Shown one piece after another: positions 17,701-24,737 of a DNA stretch of 24,737 nt. This stretch comes from Armatimonadia bacterium (GTDB taxonomy: Bacteria; Armatimonadota; Zipacnadia; Zipacnadales; UBA11051): contig JBDKRC010000247.1 of the NCBI GenBank assembly GCA_039683575.1, forward strand, positions 1-24,737, written 5' to 3'. The position numbers and the translations under genes are program-made. Positions within the stretch are counted from its first letter, which is position 1; every line of letters starts with the position of its first letter. Below the pieces are notes generated by a model, which saw nothing but the letters and a program-made list of their open reading frames with translations, had not been told where the DNA came from and made no database searches.

Positions 17701-18153
17701 ACCCAAGCCGCCCTCCCGATGGACCTCCCGGTCATGATCGAGGGCCTCAACGACCGCTGGCCCGCCGGCCTCCTCTACAAGGGCAAGAGCGATCTGCTGA
17801 TCCCCGTCTGGAAGTTCAGCAAGGTCGCGAACCGCTACGCCGTACGTGAGAAGCGGACGATAGAGAATGAGCTGCGGCGCTTCCCGGTGCTCGACGGCCG
17901 GGGGATGCTGCAGGTTGATACGGAGCTGGGGGACCGTAAGGTCTACATCGGCAACCTCCTGGTGTGCGATCAGCCCGAGGTCTTCCTTGAGCTCGAGGAC
18001 GCCCGCCCGGGCAAGCAAGTGGTCATGGTAAACAACCCCACCGACAAGGACCTCACAGTCACAGTAAAGCCGGGGCCGGGGTTCGATCTGCTGGGGGCGT
18101 GGGAGAAGAAGGTGGAAGTGAAGGCCGGGGAGGTCGTGCGGTTTGGGGTGTGA
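14791..18153 (+). CDS. Large secreted hypothetical protein with GATase/DUF4350-like and degenerate PHP-like domains
   Basis: Signal peptide. LRQFNVIVML..LARYVADGGGLML..HPVTEGVR (GATase-like) and GLHSNLSDGAGTPEEMMAAAKAAGYHFAAFTD (PHP-like). GGAGG RBS before ATG 14791. Confidence 0.7.
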   Translation: MMRHLLALGVLVATLTAASAADKPLSVLFLHGRVTTKAPGQDNIFSKRSYLPDEALQKRLAAEGMVWGAEEFSTRMTAEYLRQFNVIVMLDFPIIEKHPAEEQEVRAQEQLLARYVADGGGLMLTGNTEYGMWALERDFEEMNRFLQPYGAQVLHEQVGENDKALTIPTMGISALAYTSNVVKHPVTEGVRGLLYPTDHAWSFWTHPLQLGEGWQALVKGSLSAYTYSTALGLGGPRSQIEKKPGTYKSEPPLVAIKDVEKGRMCLWPTVPSAFIIDGYHDFWGGGIIMEGTRQDKASDGTRLVVNLLRWLGKPSQETFGGYKASSEQGQEPEPGFVEVNWDKVKLEGRPQPNCYRGLIGLHSNLSDGAGTPEEMMAAAKAAGYHFAAFTDALGKLDAAKLDRLKEACLKASDASFQAFPGFTYEDESGNSWMVFGRQVHWPKDEWWSKTRPGALRVNNIIFRGFQFLPLIMLPGEAEPPWLQGNFKGIAVQQYAGAKLVRDSEDVYRKLQRNGFDLFPVVANVAKSPAEVQAAATAPMQTYVRWWELEDVISAISGNIPMYKGGYVFHRTGFVSGGPIIEDFRVFNFGTADLAIPQNDRYRIHLDVSAEKGLKEIALYDGAELRRRMLLKGEKNWVGDFEGYQDRNRHYLAVITDTAGAKAISGVRDTSNQEVGMIRCTDNLNTYTSGKFKAVNYHAVRGLENYIEQNAGSFTAFPFLGVPDTERPAVDQQLTITGRFGYVKDDVIEHHYAPSASANWNLTDAPERAEPQTVAKGRVRTTMFTPRAEGTAVYLVEGDFDMLSDLDLPRGNVPCYRTPWLLDADTMYVSRTEGKSECYKLESRLKSRSAALDGLEYVAQIAPLGGSRAIVPLQPGMGYDAIWNGERYYLSANVGVPEKKLAKGQPLRYRYLAVWDTVGGKPDVSFIEDVYGRLGLRGKPAYQVTAEHGKVLDTRFTLRLQADGGGFAGTITQAALPMDLPVMIEGLNDRWPAGLLYKGKSDLLIPVWKFSKVANRYAVREKRTIENELRRFPVLDGRGMLQVDTELGDRKVYIGNLLVCDQPEVFLELEDARPGKQVVMVNNPTDKDLTVTVKPGPGFDLLGAWEKKVEVKAGEVVRFGV

Positions 18154-18185
18154 GGGAAGAGACGGAGGGCGACGGTTGGTCGGTG

Positions 18186-19334
18186 ATGCGGGTTCGAGAC
18201 GAACCCGCCTACGCGAGGTATGACATGATTGAGGCCAATATTCCGCTGGCGATTCAGGTTGTGATCGACGATGTCGGCTGGTGGTGTGGCGCGGACGGGC
18301 ACGAGCGCGGGGAGCCCTACCGCAGCGGCTGCGTCCGCGACCACGTCCCCGCCGACTATGCTGCCATCGTGCAGCTCGGCAGGCGCCTCGGCGTGCGCCC
18401 GCAGGCCGCGATGATCATGTGCGAGTGGGACCGGCAGAACATCCTGCGCGACGTGCCCTCGGCTACCTGGCAGGGCCGGGACTGGGACAACTCGCGCTGG
18501 GTCGGGCCCTGGCTGGATGAGGCGGCGCACATCATCAGGGCCGGCCGGGCCCACTTTGAGTTGACCATCCACGGGATCGGCCACGAATACTGGGACGAGC
18601 AGGGCCAGGCCTCACGGGCGGAGTGGCATGACCGCGAGGGGACGATGCGCCCAAGGGACCAGGTTCTGCGGCATCTGGAGTACTACCGTCGCCTGCTGGA
18701 GCGAAGCGAGCTTGGGCCGCTGCCGGAGTCCTTTGTCCCCGCTGCCTTCCTGCACCGGTTTGGCGCCGGAGCGGACGGTATGGGCGCGATCCTGGCGCAG
18801 CACGGGGTCAAGTACATGTCCACACCGTATGGTAGCATGTTCCGCGACCGCGAGACCGAGGCCGAGTGGTTCGGCGTAGACGAGGGCGTGCTGACCGTGG
18901 ACCGCGGGCGGGACCTGCTAAGCTGGCATGTCACGGGTGGCGAGCCCCACGGCGAGATCACCGGCCCCATCTGCGGGATGCACTGGCCCAATCTGCTGCA
19001 CGCGGACCCGAAGCGCAATGGCGAGGTCGTCCGGCGCTGGGTGGATCTCCTTGAGCCCTACAGCAGCCGCTGGGACCGCATGCTGGCCAGGAACGCGGCC
19101 GAGGGCTTCTCCCAGTGCGTCTACCACACCCTCGGCAAGGTGCGCGCGGAGGCCGAGCGGGTGGTGGTGGACGTGTCGGCGGTCAAGACCCTGGCCGCGC
19201 CGGGCATACTGGACGCCTTCTACGTGAAGGTCAAAGGGGCCGGGACGGTGCAGGCAGAGGGGTTTGTGGTGGTGGGAGAGACCACGGACGGCGCGGAGCA
19301 CCGTGTGGTGCGGCTGGAGAAGCGTAGCCAGTAA
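18186..19334 (+). CDS. Polysaccharide deacetylase-like (NodB/CE4-fold) protein
   Basis: VVIDDVG, ELTIHGIGH (HxxxH), SFVPAA and MHWPN motifs. Start uncertain (18183, 18186 or 18225). Confidence 0.6.
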   Translation: MRVRDEPAYARYDMIEANIPLAIQVVIDDVGWWCGADGHERGEPYRSGCVRDHVPADYAAIVQLGRRLGVRPQAAMIMCEWDRQNILRDVPSATWQGRDWDNSRWVGPWLDEAAHIIRAGRAHFELTIHGIGHEYWDEQGQASRAEWHDREGTMRPRDQVLRHLEYYRRLLERSELGPLPESFVPAAFLHRFGAGADGMGAILAQHGVKYMSTPYGSMFRDRETEAEWFGVDEGVLTVDRGRDLLSWHVTGGEPHGEITGPICGMHWPNLLHADPKRNGEVVRRWVDLLEPYSSRWDRMLARNAAEGFSQCVYHTLGKVRAEAERVVVDVSAVKTLAAPGILDAFYVKVKGAGTVQAEGFVVVGETTDGAEHRVVRLEKRSQ

Positions 19335-19386
19335 CAAACAAAGGCGGGCCGAATAGCGACGTGAGGCTGTCGGTGTCCGGCCCGCC
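19331..19386 (-). terminator. Terminator hairpin between convergent genes
   Basis: GGCGGGCCG (19343-19351) / CGGCCCGCC (19378-19386) stem with a TTTGTTTGTT tail on the minus strand. Confidence 0.55.
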
Positions 19387-19406
19387 CACAAGGCCAATGA
19401 ATCGTC

Positions 19407-20036
19407 TTACTCCTCGCCCTTGTCCAGCGCCACTCGCCGGTCGATCGGGCGCAGGTTCTCGACCCGGTTGATAACCTTCGCCGGGTTCCCCACCACTACC
19501 ATTCCCGGCTCCACTGACTTCGTCACCACCGACCCCGCTCCCACTAACGCCCCCTCGCCGATGATCACCCGCGGCAGAATCGTCACATTCACACCGATCA
19601 GCGCCCCCCGCTTGATCGTGCACCCCTCGCGGTAGGGTTCGGCCTCCTCCTGCAGGGGATACACATCGTTGGACGTGACGAAGCCGGGCCCGATGAAGAC
19701 GTCGTCCTCAATGGTCACATACTGCGTCACATGGCAATCGCAGTGGATGCGAACATTATTCCCGATCTTGCACTGATAGTCGATATACGACCCCGTCCAG
19801 ATGCTGACATTGTCGCCGATGAGGTTTTCCTCGCGGATCACCACATTGTGCCCGGTCTGCAGGCCCTCGCCGATGGTGCTGCCGCAATATATGATCGTGC
19901 CGGTGCGCAGGTAGCAGTCGCGCCCGACGCGGAGCGTGTGGTCGGCAATTGGCCGGCCCGTGCGGTAGCCGATGATGCAGTTCGGTTCGATGTGATGGTT
20001 GGGGCCGATGATGATGCCGTCGTCTTTGGGTTCCAT
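19407..20036 (-). CDS. Hexapeptide-repeat (left-handed beta-helix) acyltransferase, sugar N-acetyltransferase-like
   Basis: Repeated I-G-x-x hexads, IEDDVFIGPG..NDVYP and GAGSVVTKSV..VVGNPA motifs. Confidence 0.9.
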   Translation of the reverse strand: MEPKDDGIIIGPNHHIEPNCIIGYRTGRPIADHTLRVGRDCYLRTGTIIYCGSTIGEGLQTGHNVVIREENLIGDNVSIWTGSYIDYQCKIGNNVRIHCDCHVTQYVTIEDDVFIGPGFVTSNDVYPLQEEAEPYREGCTIKRGALIGVNVTILPRVIIGEGALVGAGSVVTKSVEPGMVVVGNPAKVINRVENLRPIDRRVALDKGEE

Positions 20037-20122
20037 GCGCGAGGGTTTCGAGAGAGGCGGCGGGGAGACCTTCGAGAACAGAAAACGGAAAACAGTCGGA
20101 AAGCAGCCACACTGGCCGTGCG

Positions 20123-20148
20123 TGAACCTCCAGCGACTTCTAAGCGTC
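20123..20148 (+). promoter_or_regulatory. Putative ECF-sigma promoter for the thioredoxin gene
   Basis: TGAACC-16 nt-CGTC resembles the ECF consensus TGAAAC-N16-CGTC/CGTA. Confidence 0.45.
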
Positions 20149-20192
20149 CTTAGAAGATGTAGAACCTGGTTCTAGATTCAAGGAGGCTTAGG

Positions 20193-20945
20193 ATGCGTTA
20201 CGGCATACTTCTGTCGTCGTTAGTGGCCGCGTGCCTGTTGATCTCTGTGGCGCAGGCGCAGCAGCCGACTTTCAGTACCTCGCTCGAGTCCATGCGAGCG
20301 GCTTTGATGCAAAATGACCTGTCCGGCGCGGCGGTGCAGGCCAGGACGATTCTGGATCTGGCGGCGAAGGTCGATCAGACGAAGCTAACCGGACCGGAAA
20401 TGTACGCCATCGGCGCCGCACACCTGATACTCGGCTCGGCGACCATGCAGCAGGCCTCGCAGATGGGCGGGCTTGACGCCGAGATGCAGCGCAACGCCGT
20501 GGGCTACGGGCGGATGTATATGCGCCCGGCCGCCGCGCAGCCCCAGACGGGGGCTCAGCTACCCACAACCATCGAGCAGACGCCGACGGCAGCCCAGATC
20601 ACACCGGTAGAGGTGATCGGCAAGGGCCAGGAAGTGAACCTGGAAGAGCACCTGGTGCCGGGCAAAACGACGATTGTGGACTTCTACAGCGACTTCTGTG
20701 GACCATGCAAGCAACTCGCGCCGCGGCTCGAGGCTCTCGTCACTCAGCGACAGGACATTGCAGTGGTCAAGGTTGACATCAACCGGCCGGGACAGGTCGG
20801 AATAGACTGGCAGTCGCCTGTGGCACGACAGTTCAACCTCACGTCGATCCCGTACCTGCGGATCTACGGCCCGGATGGCAAGCTGCAGGCGGAGGGCCGC
20901 CCGGCGATGGTACAGATCCTCCAGTGGTGCCAGCCGCCACAGTAG
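20193..20945 (+). CDS. Exported thioredoxin-domain protein
   Basis: Signal peptide, helical N-terminal domain and Q/P/T linker, then VDFYSDFCGPCKQLAP and SIPY (cis-Pro). AAGGAGG RBS. Confidence 0.88.
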   Translation: MRYGILLSSLVAACLLISVAQAQQPTFSTSLESMRAALMQNDLSGAAVQARTILDLAAKVDQTKLTGPEMYAIGAAHLILGSATMQQASQMGGLDAEMQRNAVGYGRMYMRPAAAQPQTGAQLPTTIEQTPTAAQITPVEVIGKGQEVNLEEHLVPGKTTIVDFYSDFCGPCKQLAPRLEALVTQRQDIAVVKVDINRPGQVGIDWQSPVARQFNLTSIPYLRIYGPDGKLQAEGRPAMVQILQWCQPPQ

Positions 20946-20991
20946 ACTGAAGCGGTGATCAGAACTCAGGGAACAGACTTCAAGCACAAAG

Positions 20992-21019
20992 AAAGCCCCG
21001 CCACTGTGGCGGGGCTTTT
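20992..21019. terminator. Bidirectional intrinsic terminator
   Basis: AAAGCCCCGCCAC-T-GTGGCGGGGCTTTT between convergent genes. Confidence 0.85.
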
Positions 21020-21036
21020 GCCTTACTGGCGTGCGG

Positions 21037-23511
21037 CTACTGAGTTAGTGTCCACTTCGTGCGCAGATAGTGCTCCAGCGCCTCGGCTTCATCGAAACGC
21101 AGCAGGCGGTCGAAGACCAGCACCTCCGCCACGTCGCCGGCGAGATACTGGCCCTCTACGGCGGTGGCGCCCAGCACCGTGATAGTGTCGAGCGCAGCCT
21201 TGCCGGGCTCCTGGATGCTGAAGACCTGCGCCGGGTAGGCGGCGGGGGTGGCGCCACCCGCGCGGCCCACCATCCAGTTGGGGAGCACCCATTCCTGCCC
21301 CTGCCCGGTGAAGCACGAGATGATCCGCTGCCACGACGGCCCGGCAGCCTGCAGGCCGCTGCTGACGATCAACATCGTGAGCGGCCCCGGGTCGCGCTTG
21401 AGGCCCGTCACGCGCAGCGCCCCGGTGCCCTCGCCACGCATCACCGGCTTCCCGCCCAGTCCGTCACGCACCCACCGGACCGACTTGTCGGCCGCCGGCG
21501 GCACGGCCACGAGGTGACGGGGCGACTTGTCCCGCCACGCCTTCACCGTACCATCCGCCGCAGCATCGACCGTCGCCCCATCGGCGCCGTCGAGCCACAG
21601 CACCAGCCCCTCCTTGATCATCGTGTCAGCGGTAACCGGCCCGCGAGGACTGTAGGACAGGTCGCGCGCCGGAGCCGACACCGCCTCCGGGTCCTTCCAG
21701 TCCGCCCCGGCAACCCAGTGCGGGCCCTCAAACTCATACGCCCCCAGGTCCGGGGCCTTCCCCCTATACCTGTCGGTGAAGCCCGCCAGCTCCACCCCCG
21801 CGTCAATCGCCGCCGATCCCGGCAGCGGGTAACCGTCGCGGTCCACCGCCCCCGGCCCGTTGTGGCTGTACTCCGGCCCCAGTTCTCCCTGCACGAATAC
21901 CGACGGGTCGTGCAGCCTGACCTCGGCATTCACCAGGTTGTTGATCACCCGCATCCCCTTCATCGTCGGGACATAGGCCGGGTAGCAGTAGGTCCCAAAG
22001 GCCCGTCGCACCCTGGTGATCGTGTTGTTATAGATCAGGTGGTCCAGCGCGTCGGAGTTGATGTGAAAGCCATCGCCACCGCAGTTCCAGATGAGATTGT
22101 GGTGGGCGCGGAAGCCGTTGCTGAAGTTGTCGAGGTAGATGCCATTGGCGTTGGGGTTGTCGTGGACCCAGTTGTAGGCGATGGTGCCGTTCTGGCTGGT
22201 CTTGCCCCAGCAGTAGATCGCCCCGGCGTCGTTGTTGAGCATGTTGGCAGCCCACACGTCGTTGTACTCCAGGCGGATGCGCTGGCTGCCCCCGTGGTTG
22301 ATCGTGTCGCGCCCGGCTCGAAAGAGTGTGCTGTGCAGGACCGCCGCTTCGACGGAGGCGCTTAGGTCCACGCCGCCACGGCCGCTGCCGAGGTAGTTGA
22401 CGTCATGCACCACGCTGTTGACGAGCCGGTTGCCCTCTCCTCGGACCTGCAGCCCGCAGGTCGCCGCGTAAGCGATCAGACAGCGCCGCCATTCGTTGTT
22501 CTTGCCACTCATCACGTTGCGGACCGGCGGCAGCTTCCCCCCGGCGTACTCGCGCACATGCTCAGGGAAACGCAGGCTGCAGTCCTCCAGCAGGCAGTCA
22601 TGGGCCTCGGCCATGGTCACGCCCGCGCCAAAGATCTCGAAGCCCTTGACCTCCACGAATCCCAGCTTGCTCAGGTCGCAGGCATAGTCGCGCTGCTTCG
22701 CTTCCACGCGATGAGTTGCCGGTGACTTGCCATCGGGGGCCCAGAGGTACAGTGTGCCCTTGGCCTCGTCGAGGAACCACTCGCCGGGGCTGTCCAGACC
22801 GGCGAGACTGCCGACCAGCACATAGGGGTTGCCCGCGCGGGGCTTGTAGGGGTCTTCCTTGTGATAGGGGTCCTTGTTCTTCTGCTCGGTGGTGACATCG
22901 AAGCGGAAGGACTTGCCGCCCTGGTAGTCGGCCACCCGGCGCGTCATGTTGACCCACTCGCTACCCGGCCACAGCAGCACGACCGCGCCATTCCAGTCTC
23001 CGGCGGGGAGATTGGGGTCGGCGATGACCTCATAGCCGGTGCCCTCTCCCGCTCGGGCGCGGTTCATGACCATCAGGTCGCTGAGCGAGGCGTTAGGCCA
23101 GCGCGCCTCGAGCATCATCTTGCTGTCCACGAAGAGTTGGATGAACTTCAGGGGGGTCTGCAGCTGGTAGATGCTGCCCTGGTACGGCTGCCAGGCCCCG
23201 GTGACGGGTTCGGCGCCGCTGAGCACCACCTTCGCTCCCGGCGCGGCCACGAAGCGCAGCGGTTTGCCGGCCTCGCCCGAGTTCCTGGGGGCGAGGGTCT
23301 CGCGATAGACGCCCGCGCCGACGGTGACCGTATCACCGGCTCCCGCCACCTCGCAGGCGCGGGCGAGGGTCCTCCAGGGGGCTCCCGCCGTCCCCGCGTT
23401 GGTGTCTGCCGCGCCGGGGTGTCCGGGCGCGACCGAATACTCCGCGGCCGAAGCCACTCCACCAAGCAGCAGCAAGGCAGCGGTCAGCAGAACCACGGTG
23501 CGGGCCTTCAT
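21037..23511 (-). CDS. Secreted right-handed parallel beta-helix protein (pectin-lyase-like fold) with C-terminal LamG-like domain
   Basis: Signal peptide. GTAGAPWRTL..AGDTV..GVYRE (DUF1565-like), EARWPN, LDSPGEW, DAGAIY, GIYLDN and APDLGAYE motifs, then LVLWLDG...GDVAEVLVFDR. AAGGAGG RBS before ATG 23511. Confidence 0.8.
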   Translation of the reverse strand: MKARTVVLLTAALLLLGGVASAAEYSVAPGHPGAADTNAGTAGAPWRTLARACEVAGAGDTVTVGAGVYRETLAPRNSGEAGKPLRFVAAPGAKVVLSGAEPVTGAWQPYQGSIYQLQTPLKFIQLFVDSKMMLEARWPNASLSDLMVMNRARAGEGTGYEVIADPNLPAGDWNGAVVLLWPGSEWVNMTRRVADYQGGKSFRFDVTTEQKNKDPYHKEDPYKPRAGNPYVLVGSLAGLDSPGEWFLDEAKGTLYLWAPDGKSPATHRVEAKQRDYACDLSKLGFVEVKGFEIFGAGVTMAEAHDCLLEDCSLRFPEHVREYAGGKLPPVRNVMSGKNNEWRRCLIAYAATCGLQVRGEGNRLVNSVVHDVNYLGSGRGGVDLSASVEAAVLHSTLFRAGRDTINHGGSQRIRLEYNDVWAANMLNNDAGAIYCWGKTSQNGTIAYNWVHDNPNANGIYLDNFSNGFRAHHNLIWNCGGDGFHINSDALDHLIYNNTITRVRRAFGTYCYPAYVPTMKGMRVINNLVNAEVRLHDPSVFVQGELGPEYSHNGPGAVDRDGYPLPGSAAIDAGVELAGFTDRYRGKAPDLGAYEFEGPHWVAGADWKDPEAVSAPARDLSYSPRGPVTADTMIKEGLVLWLDGADGATVDAAADGTVKAWRDKSPRHLVAVPPAADKSVRWVRDGLGGKPVMRGEGTGALRVTGLKRDPGPLTMLIVSSGLQAAGPSWQRIISCFTGQGQEWVLPNWMVGRAGGATPAAYPAQVFSIQEPGKAALDTITVLGATAVEGQYLAGDVAEVLVFDRLLRFDEAEALEHYLRTKWTLTQ

Positions 23512-23704
23512 GGGCGCGTCCTCCTTGAGTCCCCCCGCGTGTGAGGAGGTGTTCAGTGACAACCCCGCCCTCACCTGCCCCCCACGCCCTTGCAGCCTCT
23601 CACTTCGCCCAAAATGGCAGCGAGAATGTAAGGGAGAATTGAGAAGGTGTTACCGGCGCTTCGGCGGAAGAGTCCCCCGTAGTCTAACTTTTGGAGGGCT
23701 TATT

Positions 23705-24547
23705 ATGCCGGACAACATCAAGATAGCGGTAATGATTGGCAACATGCGCATGGACCTCTACGAGGCCATGAAGGTCGTCGCTGACTGGGGCGTGCCGGGG
23801 ATTCACATCTCCTCGGGAGGCGACTGGGACGCGCGGACGATGGACAGCGCTGCGCGCAAGGCGCTCGTCAAGCATGTCAAGAGCGTGGGCCTGGAGATCT
23901 CCGCAGTCTCCTGCTGGGGCGGCGGCGTTGATCTGGGCGAGGAAGAGAACTGGGAAGAGAACGTGCAGTGGGGCATGAAGATCCTCGAGCTCGCCGCTGA
24001 CCTTGAGTGCGGCATCTGGCAGGGCCACTGCGGCATCATGCCCGAGCACACGAGCGATCCGAAGTGGGGCCGGTTCCTCAAGGGTATGCAGCAACTGGCG
24101 CAGCACGGCGAGAAAGTCGGAGCCAAGCTGGCGATCGAGACCGGTCCCGAGCCGGCCTTCGTACTGCGGCGTCTGCTGGACGCAGTCGGCAGCCCGAACC
24201 TCTGCCTGAACTGGGACCCCGCCAACATGATCCTGTGGCCGGCGAAGTTCGCGCGCGACGCGGGCGAGGAATACAACCAGCTCAAGTGGTTTGAGAAGTT
24301 CCAGCCCAACGAGGGCGCCCTGGCCCTCGGCGACAAGGTCATCCACACCCACGCCAAGGACGCCCTGGTCATGCCCGACGGCACCGGCAAGGAAGTACCG
24401 CTGGGCGAGGGTTGGGTAGACTGGCCGCGGTACGTCGGCTACCTCAAGGAATGTGGCTTCGACGGCTACTTCGCCATCGAGCGCGAAGTCGGCGCGAACC
24501 CGCTGGAAGACATCCGCAAGGCGGTAGACTTCCTGAAGACGCTGTAG
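23705..24547 (+). CDS. Sugar phosphate isomerase/epimerase (xylose-isomerase-like TIM barrel, AP_endonuc_2)
   Basis: LAIETGPE, NWDPAN, HTHAKD, VPLGEGWVDW and AIERE metal-ligand motifs. GGAGG RBS before ATG 23705. Confidence 0.9.
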   Translation: MPDNIKIAVMIGNMRMDLYEAMKVVADWGVPGIHISSGGDWDARTMDSAARKALVKHVKSVGLEISAVSCWGGGVDLGEEENWEENVQWGMKILELAADLECGIWQGHCGIMPEHTSDPKWGRFLKGMQQLAQHGEKVGAKLAIETGPEPAFVLRRLLDAVGSPNLCLNWDPANMILWPAKFARDAGEEYNQLKWFEKFQPNEGALALGDKVIHTHAKDALVMPDGTGKEVPLGEGWVDWPRYVGYLKECGFDGYFAIEREVGANPLEDIRKAVDFLKTL

Positions 24548-24567
24548 GGTGGGCTTGTTTCGTCCTT

Positions 24568-24640
24568 CGCGTAGATCGGTTCGTCTCGAACCGATGGGCT
24601 GGTCAGGGACCGTCGGTTCAAGGATGAACCGACCCACGCG
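24568..24640. repeat. Inverted REP doublet (REPIN/BIME-like), third family
   Basis: GTAG-ATCGGTTCG-TCT-CGAACCGAT (24571-24595, +) and GTGG-GTCGGTTCA-TCCT-TGAACCGAC (24637-24612, -), separated by a 16-nt spacer. Confidence 0.7.
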
Positions 24641-24660
24641 GCATGCAGAGCGAGATGGCG

Positions 24661-24689
24661 TTGACTTAGTATGCTCAATATACTAAGAT
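24661..24689 (+). promoter_or_regulatory. Sigma70-type promoter with overlapping palindromic operator
   Basis: TTGACT-17 nt-TAAGAT with the IR CTTAGTAT-N7-ATACTAAG at 24665-24687. The target gene is at or beyond the window end. Confidence 0.7.
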
Positions 24690-24737
24690 GGTGCTGACGG
24701 GTGGCTGAGCCGCCCTGCGCCTCTATGGGGAAACACA

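Noticed and set aside
23324..23704. N-terminal extension of the isomerase ORF
   Set aside because: It overlaps the divergent beta-helix gene. ATG 23705 has an RBS.
24568..24640. Possible CRISPR mini-array or tRNA
   Set aside because: There are only two units and they are inverted rather than direct. No cloverleaf and no cas genes are present, so a REP doublet fits better.

Overview
A GC-rich bacterial chromosomal window of mostly housekeeping and catabolic genes. The gene style suggests Armatimonadota or a similar lineage, which is an inference only. From left to right it holds the 5' end of an IS630-family element abutting a GTAG-type REP, then a minus-strand run: SGNH hydrolase, ArnT/PMT-like glycosyltransferase, D-2-hydroxyacid dehydrogenase, AbrB-VapC toxin-antitoxin pair, MFS transporter, a yybP-ykoY riboswitch upstream of a CaCA antiporter and a Zn-ribbon gene, glyA, a second VapC pair and purH. 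A plus-strand operon follows with three putative glycan-processing proteins (DUF4091/GH123-like, degenerate PHP-like, CE4-like). After it come a hexapeptide acyltransferase, an exported thioredoxin, a secreted beta-helix protein, a sugar-phosphate isomerase/epimerase, a REP doublet and a promoter/operator for a gene beyond the window. The best leads are non-coding: a ZTP(pfl)-like but non-canonical structured leader before glyA, the Mn riboswitch-CaCA-Zn-ribbon unit, three different GTAG REP families and the IS630 insertion next to a REP. No CRISPR array, tRNA, rRNA or clear novel defence system was seen. All calls are by eye, and no database searches were run.
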